From NCBI GenBank assembly GCA_029855935.1, contig JAGSHN010000016.1, positions 64,001-128,000 on the forward strand: a stretch of 64,000 bases of DNA, read 5' to 3'. Under the pieces are notes generated by a model. It did no database searches and was not told the DNA's origin. It worked only from the letters and a program-made list of their open reading frames with translations. The stretch is from Candidatus Thorarchaeota archaeon (GTDB taxonomy: Archaea > Asgardarchaeota > Thorarchaeia > Thorarchaeales > Thorarchaeaceae). The translations under genes and the position numbers were made by a program. Of this stretch, positions 38,982-48,259 are shown one piece after another (positions within the stretch are counted from its first letter, which is position 1; every line of letters begins with the position of its first letter).

Positions 38982-39806
38982 TCAGAGGGACTTTGTCAGT
39001 TCCTCGAATGCAGCCTTTATGGCCTTGGCTTGGTCAGAGTCGCCAAAGTGGGGTGGCCTTATGTTCAGTCGGTCTTTCTCGATGTCCACCTCAAGAATCA
39101 TCGCGCCGGGGACCTCGATTCTCAGGCCCGACTTTCCACCGCGCTCGTAACGCTCTGCGTATATCAGGTCGCCGTTCTTGACTGCTGCATAGAGCAGATG
39201 CGCAGCCTTCAGCTCTCCGGGTGAGAGTGCTGTGCTGATCGCTGGCTGCGGGCTGGGTGTCGCCCTCTCTTTCTTCGGCGGTGCAGGTGCTGGTCGTCTT
39301 GGCTCGGCCCTCTTCTCCACAGCAGGGCGCTCTGGTGCTGCAGCCGGTGCCGATTCTGTGGCGCTCTCACGCACCTTGACCGGTGCCACCTCATACTCGC
39401 CTGCCAGGCTCTCGTCGTAAGCGAGGACCTCGTCCTCGAACTTCCAAGGTCTGTTGATGACCCTCTTGAATTCCTCTATGTTGGCCGCGACCTCGGGGTC
39501 ACTCGCGTCCTTCTCCAACATCTCAACCAGACGCGATGTGGCCATACCAATAGTGGTGACGCCGACCTTGTGTCCGCTCTTCTGAGTACTCCGTGCAATT
39601 CGCAGTGTGTGCATCCTTGTCGGCATACTGACGTTCTTGCCGACCCACACCCAGCAGGTGTCATTGTATTCGTCGAGCACGATGAGCGCATTGTTGCTGT
39701 TGACAAGGTCCGGATCCAACTTGACCTCTTCAATCTCGCCTGCGTCATCACGAAGCATTAACATAAACGGCTTTCTGGACAGCGGCTTCTTCGGAATCTC
39801 CAACAC
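38982..39806 (-). CDS. Gelsolin-domain protein (one gelsolin domain + Pro-rich linker + C-terminal domain; 1DGelX-like)
   Basis: EEVKLDPDLVNSNNALIVLDEYNDTCWVWVGKNVS matches the gelsolin EV..S.LNS.D.FILD....YVW.GK.S pattern. Confidence 0.75.
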   Translation of the reverse strand: MLEIPKKPLSRKPFMLMLRDDAGEIEEVKLDPDLVNSNNALIVLDEYNDTCWVWVGKNVSMPTRMHTLRIARSTQKSGHKVGVTTIGMATSRLVEMLEKDASDPEVAANIEEFKRVINRPWKFEDEVLAYDESLAGEYEVAPVKVRESATESAPAAAPERPAVEKRAEPRRPAPAPPKKERATPSPQPAISTALSPGELKAAHLLYAAVKNGDLIYAERYERGGKSGLRIEVPGAMILEVDIEKDRLNIRPPHFGDSDQAKAIKAAFEELTKSL

Positions 39807-39895
39807 ACTCCTTGCTTAGTGCGGTCCCTGAGACAGACCTGCCGCTTCATACATTTAACAGAATCTCGGATGAATCGTTCTGCGTATAGCTACCC

Positions 39896-40159
39896 CTATG
39901 ATGCGAGTCGCGAAGACATATCGAGTTCCACATCGACAACAAGGAGGGTCTGCGTGTCCGCAATTCCGGGAATCCGGCGAATCTTCCGAGTGATATATTC
40001 GACAAGGGTCTCCATGTCACGTCCTCGAATCTCGGCGACGAGGTCAAACTCGCCGAAGACAGTATGAGCCTCCTCGGTCACCGGCATCTCCAAGATCTTG
40101 CGCGCGACCTCGTCTTCTTTTCCGCTCTCAATCTTGATCAGGACGTAGGCCTTTACCAT
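39896..40159 (-). CDS. Stand-alone Lrp/AsnC ligand-binding domain
   Basis: AYVLI...G.E..V, VFGEFDLVA, IRRIPGI.DTQT. Confidence 0.9.
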   Translation of the reverse strand: MVKAYVLIKIESGKEDEVARKILEMPVTEEAHTVFGEFDLVAEIRGRDMETLVEYITRKIRRIPGIADTQTLLVVDVELDMSSRLAS

Positions 40160-40217
40160 CTGAATGACTCACCGCATCGCCTGACATCTGGCGCCCGTAT
40201 AACTCTTCCCGTCTTGG

Positions 40218-40760
40218 GGGCTCCGTGCAAGAAGTCACCTCCCATCACATCTCAGGAGCTTCAGTCGGTCAATGTTGTGGAGCACCACCTTCAGCAACAC
40301 CTCTCGCCGCTGCTCCCTGTAGCCTTTGGAATTCAGACTCCCTCCGGACCGCACCTTCATCATACTGAAAACGGTTTCCATAAGACTTCTCCTCCCATAC
40401 TTGTGGGTTCGCCTCCACTCCTCAGGACCTCTCTGATACTCCCTGACAAACTCCCTGTACCCGCGATATCTGCGGGGACCGAGCCCTCCGCCCCCTCCTC
40501 GGCTCGATGGCTGGGTATGCACCGAGGTCGGAGATGTACTGGATGTTCGTCATTGATATATGCCCTGTCGTCATAGACGTACTCCAGACGTCTGTGTTGG
40601 TACCTGTTTCAGCAGTGGGACCAGCCCTCTCACATCACCACCGGGTCGCGCCCTTTGTTCAGACCGCGTGGGCCAATCAAGGAGGTGTTGATTGTCTCTC
40701 ATAGATCCGCAAGGTCCCAGCAGGGAGCAGGGGATTGAGGACCGACCATTCGACAGGAGA
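40218..40760 (-). pseudogene. IS5-like DDE transposase remnant (frameshifted, truncated)
   Basis: WRRTHKYGRRSLMETVFSMMK...E.LLKVVLHN in one frame; YVYDDRAY and NIQYISDLGAYPAIEPR in other frames; only the 3' part is present. Confidence 0.75.
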
Positions 40761-41236
40761 GAATGTCGAGACATCACGGATGATTACTGTGCTTCATTCG
40801 TTTCCCCCAGAATTGGCTCGTGCTTGATGTGTTCTCAAGAACTTCACAGTCCGTAGACGGGCATAGTCACTCCGATTGGCACAAGAAAAAGGAATATCGT
40901 ACCAACAATCGGTGCGATAGGGGGTGGGATCTCTCCCGGCTCACCGATGGCGTTCCCAAGAGTGGACATCAACTACTAGCCCGTCTAGAAGAAGCGGGAA
41001 ACAGCTCGCCATCTCATCGAACAACTACTAGCTCAACATTCAGTCTTCGGTGAATCTTGCCTGAGGATTGATCACCTTGACATAGTCGATTGCTGAGGCG
41101 AGATGTACCCAACACCCTGAGGAACAGCATTCTGACAAGACTCATCCCGGTGTTTGCATTGTATTGCGTCTGCACCGATGCTTGATGGAGTGAGATGCAG
41201 GATGAGTTCGTAGAAGAACCGAGACTGTAGTTCATC

Positions 41237-41354
41237 CTCGCCTCGTCTACGAGAATCCCCTCCTTGATAGCCTTTTCCCCCTCAGATGCACGCAAGCCCT
41301 GCTGACCGATTGGCCCTGTGTGGAGAGTCCACAGCAACGAGTTCATATCTACAG
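41237..41354. repeat. 118-bp direct repeat, copy 1
   Basis: Ungapped alignment to 43300-43417, 90/118 identical by manual count. Confidence 0.9.
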
Positions 41355-41467
41355 GCTACGCACTGGGCGATTGGGGGTCTCGCTCCAAGACTCGCCGTGG
41401 CCGTCGTCCTCTCTAGTTCGGACGCACGTAGTGACTTATCACGCACCTCTCGACCAATTTGATAGCT

Positions 41468-42097
41468 CTATGCGGACCAATTGGCAGAGACTGGGCGCGG
41501 TGTGCCATTCACGGGAACAAGTTCTAGTCTGTAGGAGTTGCGTTGACGCCTTATCATGCTGAACTGTAGACGAAACCCCTGTCTATGTGCGACACGACTG
41601 GCCCTGTGGTATTCAATGAGATTGACAAGCGCAACAACAGAGGCGAAAGAGGCGCCCGGAAGACCGATGAACATGGCCAACAGGTTGCCCGTGTTCGGAG
41701 AGGGACAGACAGCATTCCACAGTGCCTGTACTATGATTGACCAGGCAATTCCGAGCAACGGGCCGGACAATATCAGAAAGACACGTAGTGCGCCAAGTTG
41801 AACGACGTGGTGATGAAGAGCATCGGTGTACAACCGGTGGACGGGGACGTACAGAAGCAGGCCGACCATTCCACCTGCGGTGATACAGAGGTACAGGACG
41901 GGCTTCACACGTTCAACGCCCAAGAATGCAACCAGAGCACCATCTACGGGATTGTGAACAATGAAGACATAGGGCGACAGGAGATAGGGCAATAGGATGA
42001 TGAGCAGGAGTGGCAAGGTCATCAGGTAGAGCCAGTTGGTCCGCACCAGAGGCTGTGGAACTCTCTGGGAATCCGAACCTGTATTGGTCTCGTCCAT
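41468..42097 (-). CDS. 4-TM membrane protein (candidate immunity protein)
   Basis: Four hydrophobic helices; GGGGGTGA SD-like motif before ATG 42097; directly follows the secreted protein. Confidence 0.75.
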   Translation of the reverse strand: MDETNTGSDSQRVPQPLVRTNWLYLMTLPLLLIILLPYLLSPYVFIVHNPVDGALVAFLGVERVKPVLYLCITAGGMVGLLLYVPVHRLYTDALHHHVVQLGALRVFLILSGPLLGIAWSIIVQALWNAVCPSPNTGNLLAMFIGLPGASFASVVALVNLIEYHRASRVAHRQGFRLQFSMIRRQRNSYRLELVPVNGTPRPVSANWSA

Positions 42098-42116
42098 CTG
42101 TATCACCCCCTGCGGA

Positions 42117-43295
42117 CTATGATCTGATGTAGTGGCCATCACAAGGCTCAGGCCAAGCGATGCCAGACGAACCGTCGCTTATCATATGAATCCACCAGCC
42201 ACAGCCAATCTTCATTCGCATATGATTCCTCTCAAGTATCTCGTAGAAGACCCAACCCGAGTCTGTCTCATCAGGTAGAACTGGAGAAATGACCACTGCA
42301 ACGGTGAATCCAGCAAGTGCCAAGACAGCTGCGATAAGTCCTGCAACCGGTACAGAGATGCCAGCGGTCACGGCCGCAGCTTCAACGCCTAGAGCCACTA
42401 CAAGTCCAGCAAGTGAAACGATACCTCCGTTTTTCCAGAATTCGACGGTGCCTCTCGAGACGTGATTGACCTGCATACCACCAGTGGCTATACCACTACT
42501 GTCTCTTGTCGTACGATCAATGGTGAAGTCAACAGCTGGTCCAACCCCCATCGTGGTGTAGTAGTATGTGTAGTCTGGATGGTCGTAGAACACCTCGTGG
42601 TCAGGATCGATACTGTACGCATCCCAGTATATTCCCTTGTAGTAGAAGTCATAGGTGGTGGATGGTGGAGCAGGCGGGGAACCGCCTCCGACGTAGTGCA
42701 GAAAGATAGGTGCATCTGGGTCCGAGAAGAGGTCAATCAGACGCCTCCTGAACTGGGATAGAATGTTGACAACGGTGACCGGCTCTCTTGCGGACGAGAA
42801 CAGTAGATACGAAGTGACCAGAGCCCCCAAGACGGCATCTACTGTCCCGAAACCAAGCACGGAACCTCTCTCTGCGTACCGGGTGATCTCAATCGAGCCA
42901 CACGCCAACACGATGTCCTCTCCGGGGGTCAACTCAGTTCTACTACTGAACGCGCGCCAACTGAGAACCAGCGGTCCTGCAAGAATTCCTGCCTCTGACC
43001 CATGGGACACCCATACGACCTTTCCGAACACCCGATGGACGGTCAGGACATATTCCAACGAGCCGTATTCCACCACCCGCACATCCGGCACGTTCTCTGT
43101 GATGGTCCGAACCGCTGTGTTCACTGCACCGTCGTGATGCATGACGACCACCACATCCGAGATCACGGGTGCCGAGAGGGGCATGACCCACAACGGTAAC
43201 ACCATCACGACGACTAGCAGAACAAGCTCAAGCCTCAAGAAGGCACGGCTATGCGACAGACCTAGCTTCCTACGTACACCGACTGCACAACTCAC
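42117..43295 (-). CDS. Secreted protein with caspase/CHAT-like His-Gly...Ala-Cys domain and C-terminal hydrophobic hairpin (candidate toxin precursor)
   Basis: GAGGTGA SD-like motif, GTG 43295, signal-like hydrophobic N-terminus, VVWVSHGS...IVLACGS, GGGSPPAPPS linker, Gly/Ala-rich hydrophobic hairpin. Confidence 0.7.
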   Translation of the reverse strand: MSCAVGVRRKLGLSHSRAFLRLELVLLVVVMVLPLWVMPLSAPVISDVVVVMHHDGAVNTAVRTITENVPDVRVVEYGSLEYVLTVHRVFGKVVWVSHGSEAGILAGPLVLSWRAFSSRTELTPGEDIVLACGSIEITRYAERGSVLGFGTVDAVLGALVTSYLLFSSAREPVTVVNILSQFRRRLIDLFSDPDAPIFLHYVGGGSPPAPPSTTYDFYYKGIYWDAYSIDPDHEVFYDHPDYTYYYTTMGVGPAVDFTIDRTTRDSSGIATGGMQVNHVSRGTVEFWKNGGIVSLAGLVVALGVEAAAVTAGISVPVAGLIAAVLALAGFTVAVVISPVLPDETDSGWVFYEILERNHMRMKIGCGWWIHMISDGSSGIAWPEPCDGHYIRS

Positions 43296-43299
43296 TATT

Positions 43300-43417
43300 C
43301 TCACCTCATCGACGAGAACCCCATCCTCGATAGCCATCTCCCCCGCAGATGAATATGAGCCTTGCCGACCAGTTGACCCTGTGTGGAGAACCCGCAACAA
43401 TGAATTCAGGCCTACAG
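43300..43417. repeat. 118-bp direct repeat, copy 2
   Basis: Matches 41237-41354; contains the SD-like motif of the 42117..43295 gene. Confidence 0.9.
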
Positions 43418-43860
43418 ACCAGACGCTTCTGGGTCTAGCTCATAGATCTGCTGTGGGCATTGATCTCTCTGATTCGGACCTACTTGATGGCTCTTCCCAT
43501 AGAGCCCGTCTTGGTCGCTAAGTGTGGACTGCTGGACTGTGTCCGTCATAGAGAATGTGAAGACACTGTGTGATGGGAATTCGATGTGCCACCAAGCATA
43601 GAATACGACGAGAGTGGGACCTCAGCGCGTCTTCTTAGTCATCCATTGGTTTCAATGGTAGGTCCCTCAGTCACTATCTCGAATGCGATAGTACTCGCAT
43701 CCTTCGTGCATTCGACGGCCGGCTTCAGTCACGGGAGAACAGCAAGGGGCATCTCCGGCGGGACGCCGATGACTGACCAGTGGCTGCTGGGAAACAGCAG
43801 GTTGGACCGAGCGCGTTGCCGCAGAGCGGCCGGCTCAGCCCAACATGCCCGAACTACTGG

Positions 43861-43998
43861 CTACTTGCCCATCGCAAAACGCGGGCACTTCTCTTTGGTC
43901 ATGCCCGGCGTCTCACAGGGCTTGTTCATCCCTTCGTAGAACTTGAATCCATCAACGCCACAGGTATTGTTCTCAGCATTATACTCCGGACAGGTCAT
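43861..43998 (-). CDS. Small 4-Cys protein (45 aa), putative metal-binding
   Basis: Below the ORF-track cutoff: MTCPEYNAENNTCGVDGFKFYEGMNKPCETPGMTKEKCPRFAMGK*, preceded by GGAGA. Confidence 0.6.
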   Translation of the reverse strand: MTCPEYNAENNTCGVDGFKFYEGMNKPCETPGMTKEKCPRFAMGK

Positions 43999-44172
43999 TG
44001 GTCCTATCTCCACATCGTGTCAGTTGAGATTGTCAGATCCCCGTCGCCGTGTCACCATGGGGAACGGACACTCTAGGAAACAAGTCTCGCACCATATTAA
44101 GATTGTTAGGCTGTCACTGCAGAAAGCCCCGAAAACGCCCCCAGAGGGCGATTTGTGGCACATTGATGTCAT

Positions 44173-45009
44173 TCATATCAGACTGCGGTCTTGGAGGACC
44201 TGACGGAGAAGCCCCGGATTGTCGGTGAAGATACCATCGGCCCCGACCTCGATGAGCCATTCCATTGTCTCTCTGTCATTGACTGTCCACACGTGTACGG
44301 CCACGGAGCGTTCGTGTGCCGCTCTGATGAACCTCTCAGTCACGACTCTGATTAGACCGTACTTGATTGGCACCTGCAGAGCACGATACTCACAGTGCTT
44401 CACGACCAGTGGCAGTAGTCGTGACTTGACACCGAATAGAAACCGTGTCACCTCGGAGGGGTTGGCTGCGGTCGCCACCTCGGGCATCAGCCGGCGAAAG
44501 GCCACGACCTGCGCATCGTGAAACGAGCCGACAATGACCGAGTCACCTCTGTCATACTCGGCTATGATCTCTGCAAGGACCCTTGGTGCCCGAGAGTCCC
44601 TGTCCTTGATGTCTATATTGAACTTCATCTCGGGAAAGCGTTCGAATGCCTCACGTAGTGTTACAATCGTGAGTCCCTGTCCCCTGAAGGGATAGGTTCG
44701 ACCACCATCTGGCGAGAACGACCAGCCTGCATCCATCTGCTTGAGCTCCTCAAGCGTGTAGTCGCCCACTCGCCCGGTGACGCCTGTCGTGCGCTCCAGC
44801 GTCTCATCGTGGAAGAGTACAATCTCGCGGTCGCGTGTCATCCGCGCATCGGTCTCGAGGACATCAACCCCGACCTCAACGGCCCTCTCCATCGAGAGGA
44901 GTGTATTCTCCGGTGCAGAGGCAGAGTCCCCTCTGTGAGCCATTATGAGTGGGCGCCCAATGTCGAAGACAATCTTGCCACTCGGATCAGCCAAGTCTAA
45001 GACCTCCAC
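44173..45009 (-). CDS. Glycerophosphodiester phosphodiesterase
   Basis: AHRG...APENT, ETD..TRD..VLFHD..L.RTT, VWTVN, GIFTD.P. Confidence 0.93.
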   Translation of the reverse strand: MEVLDLADPSGKIVFDIGRPLIMAHRGDSASAPENTLLSMERAVEVGVDVLETDARMTRDREIVLFHDETLERTTGVTGRVGDYTLEELKQMDAGWSFSPDGGRTYPFRGQGLTIVTLREAFERFPEMKFNIDIKDRDSRAPRVLAEIIAEYDRGDSVIVGSFHDAQVVAFRRLMPEVATAANPSEVTRFLFGVKSRLLPLVVKHCEYRALQVPIKYGLIRVVTERFIRAAHERSVAVHVWTVNDRETMEWLIEVGADGIFTDNPGLLRQVLQDRSLI

Positions 45010-45170
45010 TCACGCAACAACGCTGACCGGACAATGCCATCACTGCTATTTGTGGTAATCGCATTTGCAGTTCGCGGTCTCTGCGCTGGCCTGTCCGTAC
45101 GGGATGGAAGGCGGTGAACAGAAGACAGAACGCGTCAGACGGGATGTGTCTGAAAGATATCGATTGACGA

Positions 45171-45225
45171 CAAAAAGGAGAGGGGCGGTGGAACGGGCGC
45201 ACGCGCGCCCACGGCGCCCGTCACC
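45171..45225 (-). terminator. Putative terminator of the por operon
   Basis: ACGGGCGC...GCGCCCGT hairpin followed on the minus strand by CTCCTTTTTG. Confidence 0.5.
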
Positions 45226-45232
45226 TGCTCCA

Positions 45233-46174
45233 TCACTCAAGGCCGCATTTCTTCCGAAGCAGGTGCCAGTCCTCGATGATCTGTTCCTGCACCTGTTTCC
45301 TGAAGTCCTCCCACTGCGGGGTGAACAGATGCTTGAACTGTCCCTGCAGCTTGAGGTATTCATCGAGAGGCTTGAGCTCCTTCAGCCTCTTGCTCGGTCC
45401 GGACATTATGTACTCCTTGCCGTCGATGACCTCGTACAGCGGGTGTATGCCGGTCTCCACGGCGAGCTTGGACAGTTCGATGCTCTTGGATGTGTCCGAC
45501 CTCCAGCCACGGGGACACGGGGAGAAGGCGTGGATGAATGCTGGCCCCTCGACTTCAAGTGCCTTTCTGAACTTCTGGATGAAGTCGCGCCAGTAGTACG
45601 GCGAGACGGTCGCGACGTACGGTATCCTGTGGGCTGCCACAATCTCGGCAAGAGGTTTCTTCCTCTCCCTCTTTCCCGGCTCGACCTTTCCTGCCCATGA
45701 AGTCGTGGTCTCTTGACCGGGTAGTGTTGCGCCAGACCTCTGGATCCCGGTGTTCTGGTACGCGCCGTTGTCGTAGACGAGGTACACAAAGTCGTGACCA
45801 CGCTCGAGGGCACCACTGAGAGCGCCGAAACCGATGTCAAATGTGCCACCATCACCGCCGATGGCGATCACGTCGACGTGTTCGTACCTACTGCGCCCCT
45901 TCTCTCTCAGCACGTTGAACGCCTCAACTACGCCCGAAGCGACAGCGGCGACGTTCTCGAAGGCGACATGTATCCACGGTACCTTCCACGCAGTGTACGG
46001 GTAGATGGTGGTCGCCACCTCAAGGCAGCCTGTCGCATTACAGATCACTGTGGGACCCCGCAGGGCCATGCCCACCAGCTTGATTATCGTCGGTGCCGCA
46101 CAGCCGGCGCACATTCTGTGGCCAGAGCTGAGGATCTCTGGCACCTTCAGCATCTCTTTCAGTTTCACTGCCAT
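45233..46174 (-). CDS. porB: Pyruvate/2-oxoacid:ferredoxin oxidoreductase beta subunit
   Basis: GHRMCAGC, TGCLEV, GGDGGT.DIG, SPCP.GW; start ATG 46174. Confidence 0.93.
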   Translation of the reverse strand: MAVKLKEMLKVPEILSSGHRMCAGCAAPTIIKLVGMALRGPTVICNATGCLEVATTIYPYTAWKVPWIHVAFENVAAVASGVVEAFNVLREKGRSRYEHVDVIAIGGDGGTFDIGFGALSGALERGHDFVYLVYDNGAYQNTGIQRSGATLPGQETTTSWAGKVEPGKRERKKPLAEIVAAHRIPYVATVSPYYWRDFIQKFRKALEVEGPAFIHAFSPCPRGWRSDTSKSIELSKLAVETGIHPLYEVIDGKEYIMSGPSKRLKELKPLDEYLKLQGQFKHLFTPQWEDFRKQVQEQIIEDWHLLRKKCGLE

Positions 46175-47385
46175 TACTTTCGCACCCCCAGTGTTTCGTA
46201 GAGTGGAGCCTTGCCCTTTGCAAGATACTCCTTGGTCTTCTCGTAGCCCTCCACTATGGTGGTCGGTGGCACATCGCGTCCTCCGAGGCCAATCACAAAG
46301 TCGGTCACCATCGGCCTCTCCTTCAGATCGTATAGTGCGGCCCGGACCTCCAGAGCCAGCGGGTTGCACACAGCGCCGAACGACCTACACTTCTCGAAGA
46401 CGGCCACGGCCTTTGCGTGCTTGATTGCCTCTGCGACCTCTGCTGCCGGGAACGGCCTGAACATCTTGAGCCTGAGGACACCGACCTTCTCACCCTTCTC
46501 GCGCAGCACATCCACCACAGCCTTCGCTGTGCCAGCTGGTGTGCTGTGTGTCAGAATGATGATCTCGGCATCATCAGTCCTATACTTCTCGAACATGCCG
46601 TAGGACCGTCCGGTCATCTTCTCGAAGGCCGCCTCGACCTCCTTGTACACCTCTGGGACAGCATCCATCGCCCGGTCTTGGCCCTCCTTGATCTCGAAGT
46701 AGTAGTCTGTCAGTGCCAGTGGTCCCATCGTTATTGGATTGTCTGGGTCGAGCGGTAGGACTGGGTCTCTGACGCCAAGGAAGTTCCTCACCGCCTCATC
46801 AGGTAGCATCTCGACACGCTCGACATTGTGGCTCAGGATGAACCCGTCAATACAGACCATCACTGGCAAGAGTACCCTGTGGTCCTCAGCAAGCTTGAAT
46901 GCCATTATCGTGGTGTCGTAGGCCTCCTGAGAGCTCTGACAGTAGAGCTGGATGAAGCCGGAGTCTCTTGCACCGTACGAGTCGGACCAGTCGTTGTGGA
47001 TGTTGATGGGCGCACTCAGTGCCCTGTTCGCGATAGTGAGTACGATTGGCAGCCTCAGTGAGGCCGCACAATACAGAATCTCCCACATCAGGGCCAGCCC
47101 GGCCGAGGCTGTGGCGGTCGCCACGCGCGCGCCAGCGGCTGACGCACCAACACAGGCCGACATGGCGCTGTGTTCGGACTCCACCGGGATGACCTTTGTC
47201 TGAACCTCGCCATTGGCTGCAAACTTCTGGAAGTCCTCTACTATGATTGTCTGTGGAGTGATCGGATATGCAGCAAGAACATCAATGTCGCACTGTTTGA
47301 GTGCGTGGGCAATTGCAGCATCTCCGGTCAGTCCCTCAATTCTCATCTCCTCTGCAGGAACTCTCTCAACGACCGTCACTCTCAC
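46174..47385 (-). CDS. porA: Pyruvate/2-oxoacid:ferredoxin oxidoreductase alpha subunit
   Basis: AYPITPQT, VESEHSAMS, DGFILSH, GLGGRD. Confidence 0.94.
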   Translation of the reverse strand: MRVTVVERVPAEEMRIEGLTGDAAIAHALKQCDIDVLAAYPITPQTIIVEDFQKFAANGEVQTKVIPVESEHSAMSACVGASAAGARVATATASAGLALMWEILYCAASLRLPIVLTIANRALSAPINIHNDWSDSYGARDSGFIQLYCQSSQEAYDTTIMAFKLAEDHRVLLPVMVCIDGFILSHNVERVEMLPDEAVRNFLGVRDPVLPLDPDNPITMGPLALTDYYFEIKEGQDRAMDAVPEVYKEVEAAFEKMTGRSYGMFEKYRTDDAEIIILTHSTPAGTAKAVVDVLREKGEKVGVLRLKMFRPFPAAEVAEAIKHAKAVAVFEKCRSFGAVCNPLALEVRAALYDLKERPMVTDFVIGLGGRDVPPTTIVEGYEKTKEYLAKGKAPLYETLGVRK

Positions 47386-47681
47386 TCACTCTCCATCTTG
47401 ATACTGCCTGTCGGACATTGGTTGGCACATATCCCACAGCCCTTGCAGTAGTCGTAGTCGTACTCGTAGGAGTACTCCCCGTCCTTCTCTATCAGCCGGA
47501 TTGCGTTGTCGGGGCAGAATATCCAGCACAGACCGCACGTGCCATTCTTGATCCACAGGCACGTTTCATCAGTATGGACCGGGCGTATTGCTCTCCAACC
47601 GCCAGTCTTGTACTCCAGTGCATTACCCGGCTCCACGATGTGTCCGGCCATTGGTATCTCGTTGAACTTCTTCAGATTCAT
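47382..47681 (-). CDS. porD: Pyruvate/2-oxoacid:ferredoxin oxidoreductase delta subunit
   Basis: TGGWR..RP, C..CW.FCPD, YDYCKGCGICANQCP. Confidence 0.93.
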   Translation of the reverse strand: MNLKKFNEIPMAGHIVEPGNALEYKTGGWRAIRPVHTDETCLWIKNGTCGLCWIFCPDNAIRLIEKDGEYSYEYDYDYCKGCGICANQCPTGSIKMESE

Positions 47682-48259
47682 CCGATCTGCACCTCCTCCG
47701 AGGCACGCTCCATAGCGGCCCTATTGAGCTCGCCAATCTTGCCGGGATAACGCTCCATCACGGTCTTGATGACCGTTTCAAGCCTCACGACTCCCGTCGC
47801 CTTCACTGCAGCCGCCATTGTTGGCATGTTGTAGAACGGGCGACCGAGGACCTCCATCGCAATCGTGCTCGCATCAACGGTCACGACGTTGCCGCCCTTG
47901 AAGTCGAACTTCTCCCGGACCTCCTCTGGGCTCATTGTTGTGTTCAGCACAAGAGTCCCGTCCGATTTCAGACCCTCTGTGGGGTTGACCACATCAAGCA
48001 GAGTCGGGTCGATGCAGATCACGACATCAGGATGATACACCTGCGCGTAGATCTGAATGGGGCTCTTGCTGATTCTCAGAAACGCCCGAACCGGAGCACC
48101 AGTTCTTTCTGGGCCGAACTCGGGGAAGGCCTGAATATAGTTGCCCTCCGCCAGGGCCGCCTTCCCCAGCATCTGGTTGCTGGTGACCACGCCCTGGCCA
48201 CCACGACCGTGCCAGCGGAACTCAGTGATTCCCTTTGCAAAATCCACCGCCATTGTCAA
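47678..48259 (-). CDS. porG: Pyruvate/2-oxoacid:ferredoxin oxidoreductase gamma subunit
   Basis: HGRGGQG, FPEFGPERTGAPV. Confidence 0.94.
   Translation of the reverse strand: MTMAVDFAKGITEFRWHGRGGQGVVTSNQMLGKAALAEGNYIQAFPEFGPERTGAPVRAFLRISKSPIQIYAQVYHPDVVICIDPTLLDVVNPTEGLKSDGTLVLNTTMSPEEVREKFDFKGGNVVTVDASTIAMEVLGRPFYNMPTMAAAVKATGVVRLETVIKTVMERYPGKIGELNRAAMERASEEVQIG

Noticed and set aside
40218-40760. Active IS element
   Set aside because: Multiple frameshifts, 5' part missing, and no matching second terminal inverted repeat found.
41014-41346. 110-aa ORF similar to the N-terminus of the 42117..43400 ORF as a real paralogous gene
   Set aside because: The similarity is confined to the 118-bp repeat, which lies upstream of the SD-supported start (43295) and shows no codon-position bias in its mismatches.
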